From Ginkgo biloba (lineage: Eukaryota; Plantae; Ginkgophyta), in the NCBI GenBank assembly GCA_024626585.2, contig JANKJI020000004.1:3404269-3424698 (forward strand): 20,430 nucleotides of DNA, in the 5' to 3' direction. Positions 9,301 through 19,620 of this stretch are shown here, in pieces (the first letter of the stretch is position 1; every line of letters begins with the position of its first letter). The notes below the pieces were generated by a model. It had not been told where the DNA came from. It ran no database searches and saw only the letters and a list, made by a program, of their open reading frames with translations. The translations under genes and the position numbers were made by a program.

Positions 9301-12010
9301 TGATGCCATTTAATGATTTAGGGAAGCTTTTCTTTGCATTGTGTAGGTTGTTTCTTTTACTTTAGTAGACACCCTAGTTTGGTGTTAGGGGCCACATAGA
9401 TAGATAGCTAAGGAATCTACGTGGGAATATAGATTGTCCTTTTATGGATACATTTATTACCCCTATGCATACACTCTTTTGGGCTTATATGGCAATGGAT
9501 TGAAAGATACTCGGCATGAGGGTTCAAGTTGTTACTCATGGTTTCCCTTCACAATGACTAGCTCTATGGCTATTGTTGTAGTCATAGGGTTTGTTGACCA
9601 TGCTGGCATCTTTCTTGTTCTATGGCTATTGTTATAGCCTTAAAGTTTTGACCATACTAGATAAATAAAAATAAATGACTTTCAATGTGGTGGATAGCCT
9701 AGCTACTAGGGTGATATCCTAGTGTCAAACAATGATTGAAATACACAATCATAAAATAAATTATCACTCTAGGATTCAATCCCCAAAAGCAAAGGCTCTA
9801 CATTCTACCAGTTTATACCATCCAATTTTTGTGGTAGTAATCCATTTAATCAACAATGATGTATTCAAACCTCACAATAAGTATTCCAAACAAAGGTTCC
9901 CAACTTGTAAAGATATCACCAATTATCAATCAAACGCAAATTAGCCTAAGCATCATATACAATAAACAAATATGTATGATTTGTTATTAAAGGCTTGAGG
10001 GTGGTGCAAGCAATATACATAGATGATTCGATGCACATGAAGTGATGATGACTCTGATTATGTTTATTGNNNNNNNNNNNNNNNNNNNNNNNNNNNNNNN
10101 NNNNNNNNNNNNNNNNNNNNNNNNNNNNNNNNNNNNNNNNNNNNNNNNNNNNNNNNNNNNNNNNNNNNNNNNNNNNNNNNNTATTAGTACTTAGTTAATG
10201 TACTATGTAGGTTTATACCAAATTAGGCAGTGCAATGCATCACATTTTGTAAGTCACCCAGTTTAACCAGTGACAAATTTTGTTTATGCCTTCCAGTTAG
10301 CAGTTGTTCTTCTCTGTAACTTTTAAATCTCCAATATTAAAAAAAAAGGCAACCTCTAGATACTGGGCCCATATAAGTTGCTTGGCTCANNNNNNNNNNN
10401 NNNNNNNNNNNNNNNNNNNNNNNAATAATTGTCATAGCATTCAAGCTTTCAAGTAAGTCAATTAGTTAGGGGCGCCCCCAAATAATCAGCCACACCCTTA
10501 CGACACTCAATGACTCCATCTAATCCCTATAAAAACACGGCAAACAGTATTACTTTAAACATATCAGTCGACCATACATCACTAAGGGTGCAACTCCTCT
10601 CAGGAACACAATGAACATGCATTAATTTGCACCCTTCAACTTTCTTGATCCTTAAGCATATCTGACCTTTCAATTTGCTATGTGCTAACATTTATCTGAG
10701 ATGACTTTGGTTTGCAATGTTAATATTCCACTAGGCCAGCCTTTGCCCCTAGCGACATGTCAACAACAGCGTGCCTGATAACTGTGGAAGCTTAAGAATG
10801 TCATGACTTCATTATGTGGAAAGCAAAATGGGTTGTATGACCACTTGTTTTATCAGCATGGGATGCCTCCCAAAATATGCATTGCACACTAGTCAGTTAC
10901 GCCATGTACAAGCTTATAGGCCAATAATTGCCTGGAAATAAATCCATGGAAAGTTTAACGTGTTCTGATTTCTCTAGTGAGGCCTCCTTTCTATCTGGTC
11001 TATAACATCTATGGTATGAACTTTTCCATCTCTTTCAATGCTGAATTCTAGGCCATGTTGGCAGCTGGATATAATCTGTTTCAAGGATTGAATGCTATAA
11101 GACAATAAAAATGGAGTGCCGAAAAGGTTCTTAAGAAGCAACTGAAATAATTGAAACTGTCATTTATGAACAAAAACGCTTCTTCACAGAAAAGAAATTA
11201 TTTTTGGACCATTAAGTTTGAACAGTATATGATGAACAATTTTGAGAGCTTGACAGGAGAAAAATGGAGATCTTAGAGACAAATCCTCATTTCTCAGTGT
11301 AAATAGATCAGATATTCTTATACNNNNNNNNNNNNNNNNNNNNNNNNNNNNNNNNNNNNNNNNNNNNNNNNNNNNNNNNNNNNNNNNNNNNNNNNNNNNN
11401 NNNNNNNNNNNNNNNNNNNNNNNNNNNNNNNNNNNNNNNNNNNNNNNNNNNNNNNNNNNNNNNNNNNNNNNNNNNNNNNNNNNNNNNNNNNNNNNNNNNN
11501 NNNNNNNNNNNNNNNNNNNNNNNNNNNNNNNNNNNNNNNNNNNNNNNNNNNNNNNNNNNNNNNNNNNNNNNNNNNNNNNNNNNNNNNNNNNNNNNNNNNN
11601 NNNNNNNNNNNNNNNNNNNNNNNNNNNNNNNNNNNNNNNNNNNNNNNNNNNNNNNNNNNNNNNNNNNNNNNNNNNNNNNNNNNNNNNNNNNNNNNNNNNN
11701 NNNNNNNNNNNNNNNNNNNNNNNNNNNNNNNNNNNNNNNNNNNNNNNNNNNNNNNNNNNNNNNNNNNNNNNNNTAGAGAATTGTATTCCAAGCATTGGAA
11801 CTTCATTGAACATTTCCATATATTTTATGATCAAAAGCTTTGTTGTGGTGATTTCAAAGATAATTAACATATCTTGTTTTTGTTTGTGCTCAAAATATCA
11901 GTAGCCTTCATCAGTGAAAGCTTGTTATCATCAAGTTAAATCCTGCTAAATGGTTAGAGTCAGTAACTTTTTTTCCCCTTTGATTTTTTGTTCCCCATGC
12001 TTTGTCACAG

Positions 12011-12148
12011 GTGGTGCGATGGGGAAGATCTGTATTTTCAAACATCCAGAAGTTTATCCAGTTCCAGTGTACAGTTAATGGGGTTGCTTTAATACTTAAT
12101 TTTGTAGCTGCTGTTATTACTGGTTCAGCTCCCCTGACAGCTGTTCAG
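12011..12148 (+). CDS. ACA: Internal exon of the same Ca2+-ATPase (stalk and transmembrane helix M5)
   Basis: Seen: T-rich tract then cag|GTG at 12010/12011 and CAG|gt at 12148/12149; 138 nt encoding VVRWGRSVFSNIQKFIQFQCTVNGVALILNFVAAVITGSAPLTAVQ. Not in the ORF track; translated by hand. Confidence 0.96.
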
Positions 12149-12585
12149 GTTAGATAAAATGAATGAGGAATTTAAAATTGTGGAATTTTTGTACAACAGC
12201 CTCCTTACAGTAATATGCATAGGTAAAAAATTAGAGTCTGCTTAACTTACAGTAATATAAGAATTGCTTCATTGGCATTAGTCTGTTCCTTATAAGCCCT
12301 ACTTGCTATAAGTTACAATCTTTTAGACGTATCGATATATATTGTGTGGTTATCAAACATAATTTCTCAATCATTTTGTATATCCATTTGGTGTGCATGA
12401 ATAATCACACAATACTCCATGCAATGGCATAATGCAGATTAAGGTGTAGGAGAGTTATGCAAACTAGTCTGCTTATTTTATTTGTTGATGAGAAAGGATA
12501 AAAATGTCTAACAATTTTGAAAAGGGAAAAAAAAGATGAATATTTTGGAAGTTATTAATATTCGTAAAATGTTTTTTGGACATAG

Positions 12586-12686
12586 CTACTATGGGTGAAT
12601 CTTATTATGGACACAATGGGGGCACTTGCATTGGCCACTGAGCCACCAAATGAAGAGTTACTTAAAAGGAAGCCAGTAGGAAAACG
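12586..12686 (+). CDS. ACA: Internal exon of the same Ca2+-ATPase (helix M6 with Ca2+-site residues and the M6-M7 loop)
   Basis: Seen: tag|CTA at 12585/12586 and CG|gtatgc at 12686/12687; 101 nt encoding LLWVNLIMDTMGALALATEPPNEELLKRKPVGK(R), ending in phase 2. It splices in frame to the previous exon (AVQ|LLW) across a 437-nt GT-AG intron. Confidence 0.96.
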
Positions 12687-12767
12687 GTATGCAATTAGTT
12701 CTTCTCTAACACTCAAATAAGGTGCAGAACATCGGATGTTATCTCTATGACAAATCATAAGGAATTC

Positions 12768-12892
12768 TTATATGTTAGCATTTGTTTCAAACCAAAAGAG
12801 ACAGATTAACTTACAGATTGTGTATAAGGCATTGTTATATGTTAGCATTTGTTTCATACCAATAGAAACTGATTAAGTTACAGACTGTGTAT
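12768..12892. repeat. 67-bp-period tandem duplication, two diverged copies, intronic
   Basis: TTATATGTTAGCATTTGTTTCA...TTACAGAyTGTGTAT starts at 12768 and at 12835. Confidence 0.88.
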
Positions 12893-14621
12893 TATAGTTT
12901 GTTGCTACAAGGTTTTCACGATCTCCAGTAAGGCTTCTTTAGCAGTGTGGGTTCATGCTAACTTCATGGTTGAGACCTTGCTCTTTTTCCCTAATTTGTT
13001 TCTCTCAAAATGGATGCAGATTTTTCAGATTTTGTTATTTCTCATTACTCTAATGTTGACACTGCATTCACTTCCCCTCCAAACGGCACAGTCAATGCTG
13101 AAGGTCCTTGTTCAACAGTGACCATTATTTATAGGAAGATTAATGGAATCATGTGTCCCTTCTCATCTATAAGCACTATCATTGTTTGTACTTTATACCT
13201 GAGATCTATGAGGGAGAGCAACCTAGAGAAGGACCCAGAAATGGTATCTTATTCAGGTTCATATGGTATGATTCAATGGGAGTTCTCACTATTCATTATC
13301 ATCTGACCCATTCTAATAAAATTGAAGAATATAAAATGACAAAACAGAGTTTTAAAGGACTTATAAAGTTGAAGGAAAACCTCTCATCATTGAGTGCTTT
13401 CCTTTGCAAATAAGAGAGTATGGAATTTAGTTTTGTAATAGATGATGCTTAAGGGCGAGGGTAGTAGATAATTGTCCTCTTAACTTTTCAATTCTCTTGA
13501 CCTTATTCAAGTATGAAGGACTATAAAAGAAATCTTTTGAAGTAGTCTAGGGTGTATGTGTTTAAAATGTGCAAAAGTTATTTGAAATAGTCCAGGCTCT
13601 ATTCCAAACCTAAGGTCATCCTGGAGGAATCTCATTTGTTAAAACCTTTTTNNNNNNNNNNNNNNNNNNNNNNNNNNNNNNNNNNNNNNNNNNNNNNNNN
13701 NNNNNNNNNNNNNNNNNNNNNNNNNNNNNNNNNNNNNNNNNNNNNNNNNNNACGATTGAAGGTAGTCATTTATACTGATATGTCTACCTCCACCATTGTT
13801 GAAGGTAGCTAATATAAAATGCAAGTAGTCTACTTTCACTTCAAGTGTAGGTGTCAATTACACAATTGAGGTTATCTACACCCTTGATGCAAGTAGACTA
13901 CTCACACCTCAGGTGAAGATAACTTATTTACTAATTAACTTGAAGCTACATTCGCCCCTTGTGTAGATAGCCATTACATGACCAAAAATATTTATTCATA
14001 ACATATGTAGGTAGAACAAACCACCAATAATATACCATAAACCTTATTCAATTGAATTTTATCCAAGAGAGGATAATTACTACAAATCATATTATGATCC
14101 CCACTTACATCATATTAACTTAAATGAATATTGCTTTACATAAATTCTGTAACAAATAGACAAGGAACATATCAAACAATAATATGGTCAATGTCTTGTC
14201 ATTTCCATCCCTGTTGAACTTCATAGGCCTTCCTATGAAATAGACTATTTCCTTGCCTTTGGTGCTTTCTCTGATGTTGATCCTTGTGTTGGTGTTGATA
14301 GTGCTAAAGCTAGGTTCTTTGATTAGTGCCATGATATTTTCTCTTTGAGCTTTGTCCTCCCTAACAACTCTCTTTTGATTCTAGTAAATGACCCCAAGGT
14401 CATACTACATTCAATGCATTGAAACTTAATAACCAGTGATAGGAAAAGGAAGTCCTTTCCATGGGTGTTTATTTTCAACTTTGCTCCTTAGGCCTCTGTT
14501 GAATGGAAATGGCATCATGATCCATTTTTGGATCTTAGAGTAATTTCCCTCGGATGAAGAACAGTCACTTTTCAAGATTCTTGGTGACTCAGGTAAAGAC
14601 GTGCCTCTCTAAAGCCCCAAA

Positions 14622-14905
14622 ACCTAGCCACAGTCTCATCTTGGGTGAGAAAGTGCTCCCTTAATTGATAAGGGAGGAAAGACATCCAGGAAGAAAAAGG
14701 AAAGAAGGAAAGACCTAGCCGCTCTCACGTCCTGGGTGAGAAAGTGATCCCTTAGTCAATAAGGGAGGAAATGCATTCAGGAAGGAAAAGGGAGGAAATG
14801 ACCCTTGCAAACCCGAAAACATCATACAATGTGGCGCAATAAAGGAGGAGTAAGTCGCTTCTTGTCTTGGGTGAAAAATGCTCCCTGATTAACTAAGGAA
14901 AGAAG
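14622..14905. repeat. ~91-bp tandem unit (two copies plus a degenerate third) with an internal hairpin
   Basis: ACCTAGCC...TGGGTGAGAAAGTGmTCCCTTA-N5-TAAGGGAGGAAA...CAGGAAG occurs at about 14622 and 14713, with a partial copy at about 14860-14905. Confidence 0.8.
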
Positions 14906-15739
14906 GTAGGATCTAAGAGAGATACATCCTTACTTTGATAAGTGTGCCTTGCTTGACCAAGGAGAGAATGAACACTCAAGGAGAAAACGTCCTGGCTGCT
15001 ACAAGACTTCCTAGATTACTAAGTGAAGGAAAGTGGGNNNNNNNNNNNNNNNNNNNNNNNNNNNNNNNNNNNNNNNNNNNNNNNNNNNNNNNNNNNNNNN
15101 NNNNNNNNNNNNNNNNNNNNNNNNNNNNNNNNNNNNNAGGCTATGTACAAAGTTAATGCAGAGTTTATGTTTGAAGGTAGACCAATTCTACTGGAATTTT
15201 GGTGTTCTGTGTTTGTGTGAATGTTGAAGTTATTTTGGCTTTCATAATTTACAATAGGGACCATGGATCTTCTAGTAGGATTGTAATGGAAGAATTCTTT
15301 GCTCATACAATTACTAAGACCTGGTGAGAAATCTTATATATCAAGGGTTATTTCATCATTGTCAAATAAACCCTAGATAACCCTTATTTATGTCAAAAAA
15401 AATGACACAACCCCCCTCATAGGGATGATCTCACTCCTGGGGTTGCCCCAAACCCAATGAAGGCTTCTATGGCACTATAATCTCTCAAATTAGTTCTTGA
15501 AGGGAGACACCCTTAGCTGAAGTGCCCTCTTAGCCTTGACCTTCATAATTTTTCTCTCCTAAGCACCTTTGTGTGGGGTTTAATCATCGTAAATAAAATA
15601 TGTGACCATCCCCCATCATTGAGCTTAGTCTTTGGCACATCTCCCAAGGCTAATTTTGAAGTGCTCTTCAAGGCTATCCTTGACCCTACTTTTAAGTCCA
15701 AATTGGTAGAGGACTAGGCTATAACAATTTAGGAGCTAG

Positions 15740-16613
15740 CATACCTAATTTCTAGGTAATATCTCTGTTGGATGGATTTTTTTATTTTAATTAGATTAAA
15801 ATTTGGTAGGAAGATAAGCTTAAAACAACTTTCACTATGCCCTTGCGACTTTCACTTATAAACACAATGCCTTTTGGCTTATCAATGCAAGAGTGACCTT
15901 TAAGCAAGTGATGACCACTATCTTTCACAATCTCATTACAACTACAATCAAAATCTATTTTGATGTTCCTTACTATACATTCCAAGAGAAAGATCAAATC
16001 GTTTTGATCATCTTAGACTTATAATGCAAAGACATAGGTTTTACAGTATTTCCTTAAATCCTAAGAAGTTCATTTTTTGGAGTTATGGAAGGTCCCCTCT
16101 TAGGTTTTATCATATCTTCTAAAGGGATGAAAATATATCCTAGACAAATTTGAAGTTGTCCTTAAGCTTGTCCTTCCACAAATAAAAAAATAAGTTCAAT
16201 CTTTCTTTATGAAGGTAAATTATATTACTCGATTTATTGAGGGTTATGCTCAAATAATTAAGTAAATAAACTAACTTCTTAAAAAGAAATGCACATTTTA
16301 AATGAACCAAAAGATGCCTTTTTTAGAGTTAAGGAAGCACTAACCATAGCCTAGACCTTGTCGCTTCTAATTTTAGTAGGGATTTTATAGTTTATACTAA
16401 TGCATCACCTATTGCTATGAGTCTGATCCTAATTCAAGAAGACAAGCAAAACTTTGAAAGACCACTCTATTTTGCTAACAAAGCACTACAAAATTATCAA
16501 CTAAATAACTATGACACAAAACGATAATGTTTTGCCTTGGTCTTCATTGTTTGCAAGATATCCACCCCTGACAGATAATGCAAACTGACAACATGATGTA
16601 TCTGGTAGCAAGA
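15740..16613 (+). mobile_element. Heavily decayed Ty3/gypsy RT-RNase H (non-chromovirus, Tat/Athila-like)
   Basis: Frameshifted fragments in order: WMDFF..N*IKI, EDKLKTTFT, MPFGL/INARVTF, IYFDV at the YxDD position, SLNPKKF, LLGFIIS, RDFIVYTNAS, LIQED..ERPLYFANKAL, CFALV. Confidence 0.8.
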
Positions 16614-16671
16614 NNNNNNNNNNNNNNNNNNNNNNNNNNNNNNNNNNNNNNNNNNNNNNNNNNNNNNNNNN

Positions 16672-17357
16672 AGGACGCGGCGTGACAACAAAATGACATC
16701 GAGGCAAAATCACCTTAAGGTAGGTCAAAACCACCTTAGAAGAAACAAAACTACCTCAAGGAAGGATAAAATAACCAATCAAACAAGGTTTACAAAGTCA
16801 AACAACCCTTATCTAATGGTCACAGGCCTAGCCATGATGTTGCAGCCTAGATGATGATATGGCAACAAGAAGGATGATGGGGAAACAACATTTATGGCAA
16901 AGCTAGCAACAAAATTTGTAGGTCAAATATAGTCAAAGTGCTTAAAGCCCTCAAAACAACCACATTTATGAAGTACAACCATGTTTAATGAGGTGTCATC
17001 CTAATTAAATAAGTTATACGGTTCATTTATGGTGCCAAAGTTGACCTAAAGTATAGATGACATTAGCAACCAATGTAAGGAGCATTTATGACGTAGTCAA
17101 ACACGAGTCAAATATGGAAAAAAGCCTTTGGTCGACGTGAAGTACAAATTATGACGTTAGTCGTCATTAACAAAAAAGACAACTGACATTTATGACATGA
17201 TCAAATCTTGGTCAACGTTCTTAGTTGACTTGTACATATTTATGACATCATTATGAGTTAAGGAACACTTTGACTTGGTCAAACTAGTAAAAGTATGGCT
17301 TTCGCACATAATGCTTAATAAAAGTCACATAATATATGGCTTTTATTAAGACCTACA
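16672..17357 (-). mobile_element. Probable LTR or non-coding TE sequence with a recurring CATTTATG(A/G) motif, abutting the CRM-like protease
   Basis: The minus strand begins TGTAGGTCTTA at 17357. About seven (c)att(t)atg(a/g) copies lie between about 16888 and 17250. No pol motifs were found. Confidence 0.45.
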
Positions 17358-18658
17358 CATTTCCATAGACTCCATTGCAGCTAATGCCACTTCCTTAGGT
17401 TCTTCTTCTTTCAAAGGAAGAAGTCAAAATTTGGTCCCATCCTTAGTAAATGAATGTGTGTTGGCCCTTCCTTCATGGACCACCTCCCTATCATATTGCC
17501 ATGGCCTTCCTATCAACACATGGCATGCATCCATAGTAATTACGTCACACCACACCTCATCTGTATAGCCTCCTATACGGAATGACACCAAACATCATTT
17601 CTCTTACTAAAATTTCATTACCTTCCTTGAACCATAAAATCCAATAAGGCCTTGGATGCTTCACACAAGGCAAGTTAAATTTCTAGACCATCTCTGTACA
17701 AACCATATTTTTGACACTCCTACTATCAATTATCACCTTGCATAATTTACCTCCATCCATGCACCTCATTTTAAAAATATGCCTTCTTTTCTATGACATG
17801 TCCACCTCCTTTGGGTTGTTTGTCAAAATCATTGTAGGTTTTTTTCTTAACTCTTATTGGTCATTTGTACAACCTCATTTAGACCACTTATTCAACTTCT
17901 CTATTTTTCTCCACTACCTTCAGTCGTTTATCCAAATCCCTTTGGACCATTCATCCAACTTATTTTAATTGTCTATCCATCCCTCTTTGGATTGCTCATC
18001 TAACTTCCTTAGACCATTTTTCAAGCTCCTTTGATCATTTTCCAACTTCCTTGGGTCATTTTTCCAACCTTATATTTTAGGTTCCAACCACGTTCTTCTT
18101 GCCAATAAATTTTATTATTCCTTCAAAGTCATATCCACACTTGGTTCTTTCATTTGAGCTAAATATTCTCCAGGATCATCCATTCTTGGTTGTTCTTCAT
18201 TCCCATAGGGAATTTAAATTATATATGTCCCTCTTTACCACACATACAACATGTTTCAGTCTACCTCTATCCCTTCTATCCTCGTTTATCACTTCTTCCT
18301 CTTTGAAAATTTTGATATCTACCATTCCTTTCTCTCCCTTATTAGAAGGTATTTTTCTTCAGTTTTCCTTTCAACATTAGTATTCCTTTTGACATGAGAA
18401 AAATTTTTACCTTTTATGGGTGGTTCTCCACTCTAACCTCTTTGAATATTTTACATTCCTCTCCTCATACGTTGTCTCTTATTTGCACTTATTACTAGCT
18501 TCTCCTCCACCTTCAGCGCTAGTTAGAATGCCTCCTCAAAAGACATTATTTCTTGAAAAATTAACTCATCTTCAATGGAATACTTCAATCCATTAACATA
18601 CCTTGTTATCATCTTCTCATCTCTCACCCCATTCTCAATCTTGATGGATAGTTTATAA
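17358..18658 (-). mobile_element. Decayed gag-protease region of a CRM-like Ty3/gypsy element
   Basis: Gag: RYVNGLKYSIEDEL...SFEEAF*LALKVEEKL. Degenerate Zn knuckle: HVVCGKEGHI. Protease region: IFKMRC...KLCKVIIDSRS, HPRPY, CLVSFRIGGYTDEVWCDVITMDACHVLIGRPWQYDREVVHEGRANTHSF. These motifs are typical of the CRM clade. Confidence 0.85.
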
Positions 18659-18883
18659 NNNNNNNNNNNNNNNNNNNNNNNNNNNNNNNNNNNNNNNNNN
18701 NNNNNNNNNNNNNNNNNNNNNNNNNNNNNNNNNNNNNNNNNNNNNNNNNNNNNNNNNNTGACCATGCAATTCACATACAAACAGACCCTAGGGCATACTA
18801 TTTAATTTACTCATAGAGTATAGCAACAATATCATGATCACAACATAAATATAAATATAAATATAATAATGCTCATACATTTT

Positions 18884-19620
18884 TGTAGGGTCTTAGTACC
18901 GTAGAATTTTTCTCTTGGACAAGTACAAGCTTCCTATTCAGTCCTTTTTGGAGCTCTCCCTCAACTCCAATGCAATTCTAAGATTAGTAACTTGTAGAAA
19001 ATTTTATAGTAGATGCAAAAGAGGATTCGACCTTTATTTTAAAGGGTTTGCTGGGTGTTTTATTTGGAAAATAAGGACAACAAGTCTTTAGAGAATTTGG
19101 GTCACAGCAAGGAGTAGAAATAGGGGTTCGACTAGCAAGAAAGTTATAGGATTCAACTGAAAAAGGGCTGCAACAATTTGGTTTGCAAGGATAGTAGTGA
19201 ATAGAGGTTTGGTTGCCTCCAAAAAATCAACAAAAGGGATGCTAAGTCGCAGGCAATTAGATGATAGACTTCGGCCTTCAACAAGGATAGTAAACGACAA
19301 GATCTGGTTGCTTTTTCAAGGTAAAAAATAGCAAGGGAATTCATTGAATTCTGCTGCAAATCACTAGAATTAGAAAGTAGTAAGGCGCTAAAAATGATGA
19401 GGAATGATGCCTTACTGACTAGGTTGTACCTCCTTAACTACTTTATGAAGAGGTGCAACTGTACCTAAGGTTGACTAGCAGTGGAGGCTCGTGACTGTTT
19501 AAATCCTTTGTATAAAGTAAATTATTCTTTGGAAAGTGTGCGCTAGGGTTTAAAGTAGGTTGTTGTAGTATTTTAATCTATTTTTAGCCTTTCTAAGGGT
19601 CCCACCATCATGATTAGCTG
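18884..19620 (+). mobile_element. Possible LTR fragment
   Basis: Starts TGTAGGGTCTTA, similar to the minus-strand terminus at 17357, and is non-coding. The right end is unknown. Confidence 0.3.

Noticed and set aside
11184-11870. 228-aa and 162-aa ORFs
   Set aside because: They consist mostly of the 450-N gap.
13010-14332. Short ORFs 13010-13306, 13153-13413 and 14120-14332
   Set aside because: No recognisable domain. The last may be a decayed retroelement fragment, but I cannot support that.
16880-17260. Spaced CATTTATG motifs resembling a CRISPR-like array
   Set aside because: The repeats are short, degenerate and irregularly spaced, the context is eukaryotic TE DNA, and there are no cas genes.
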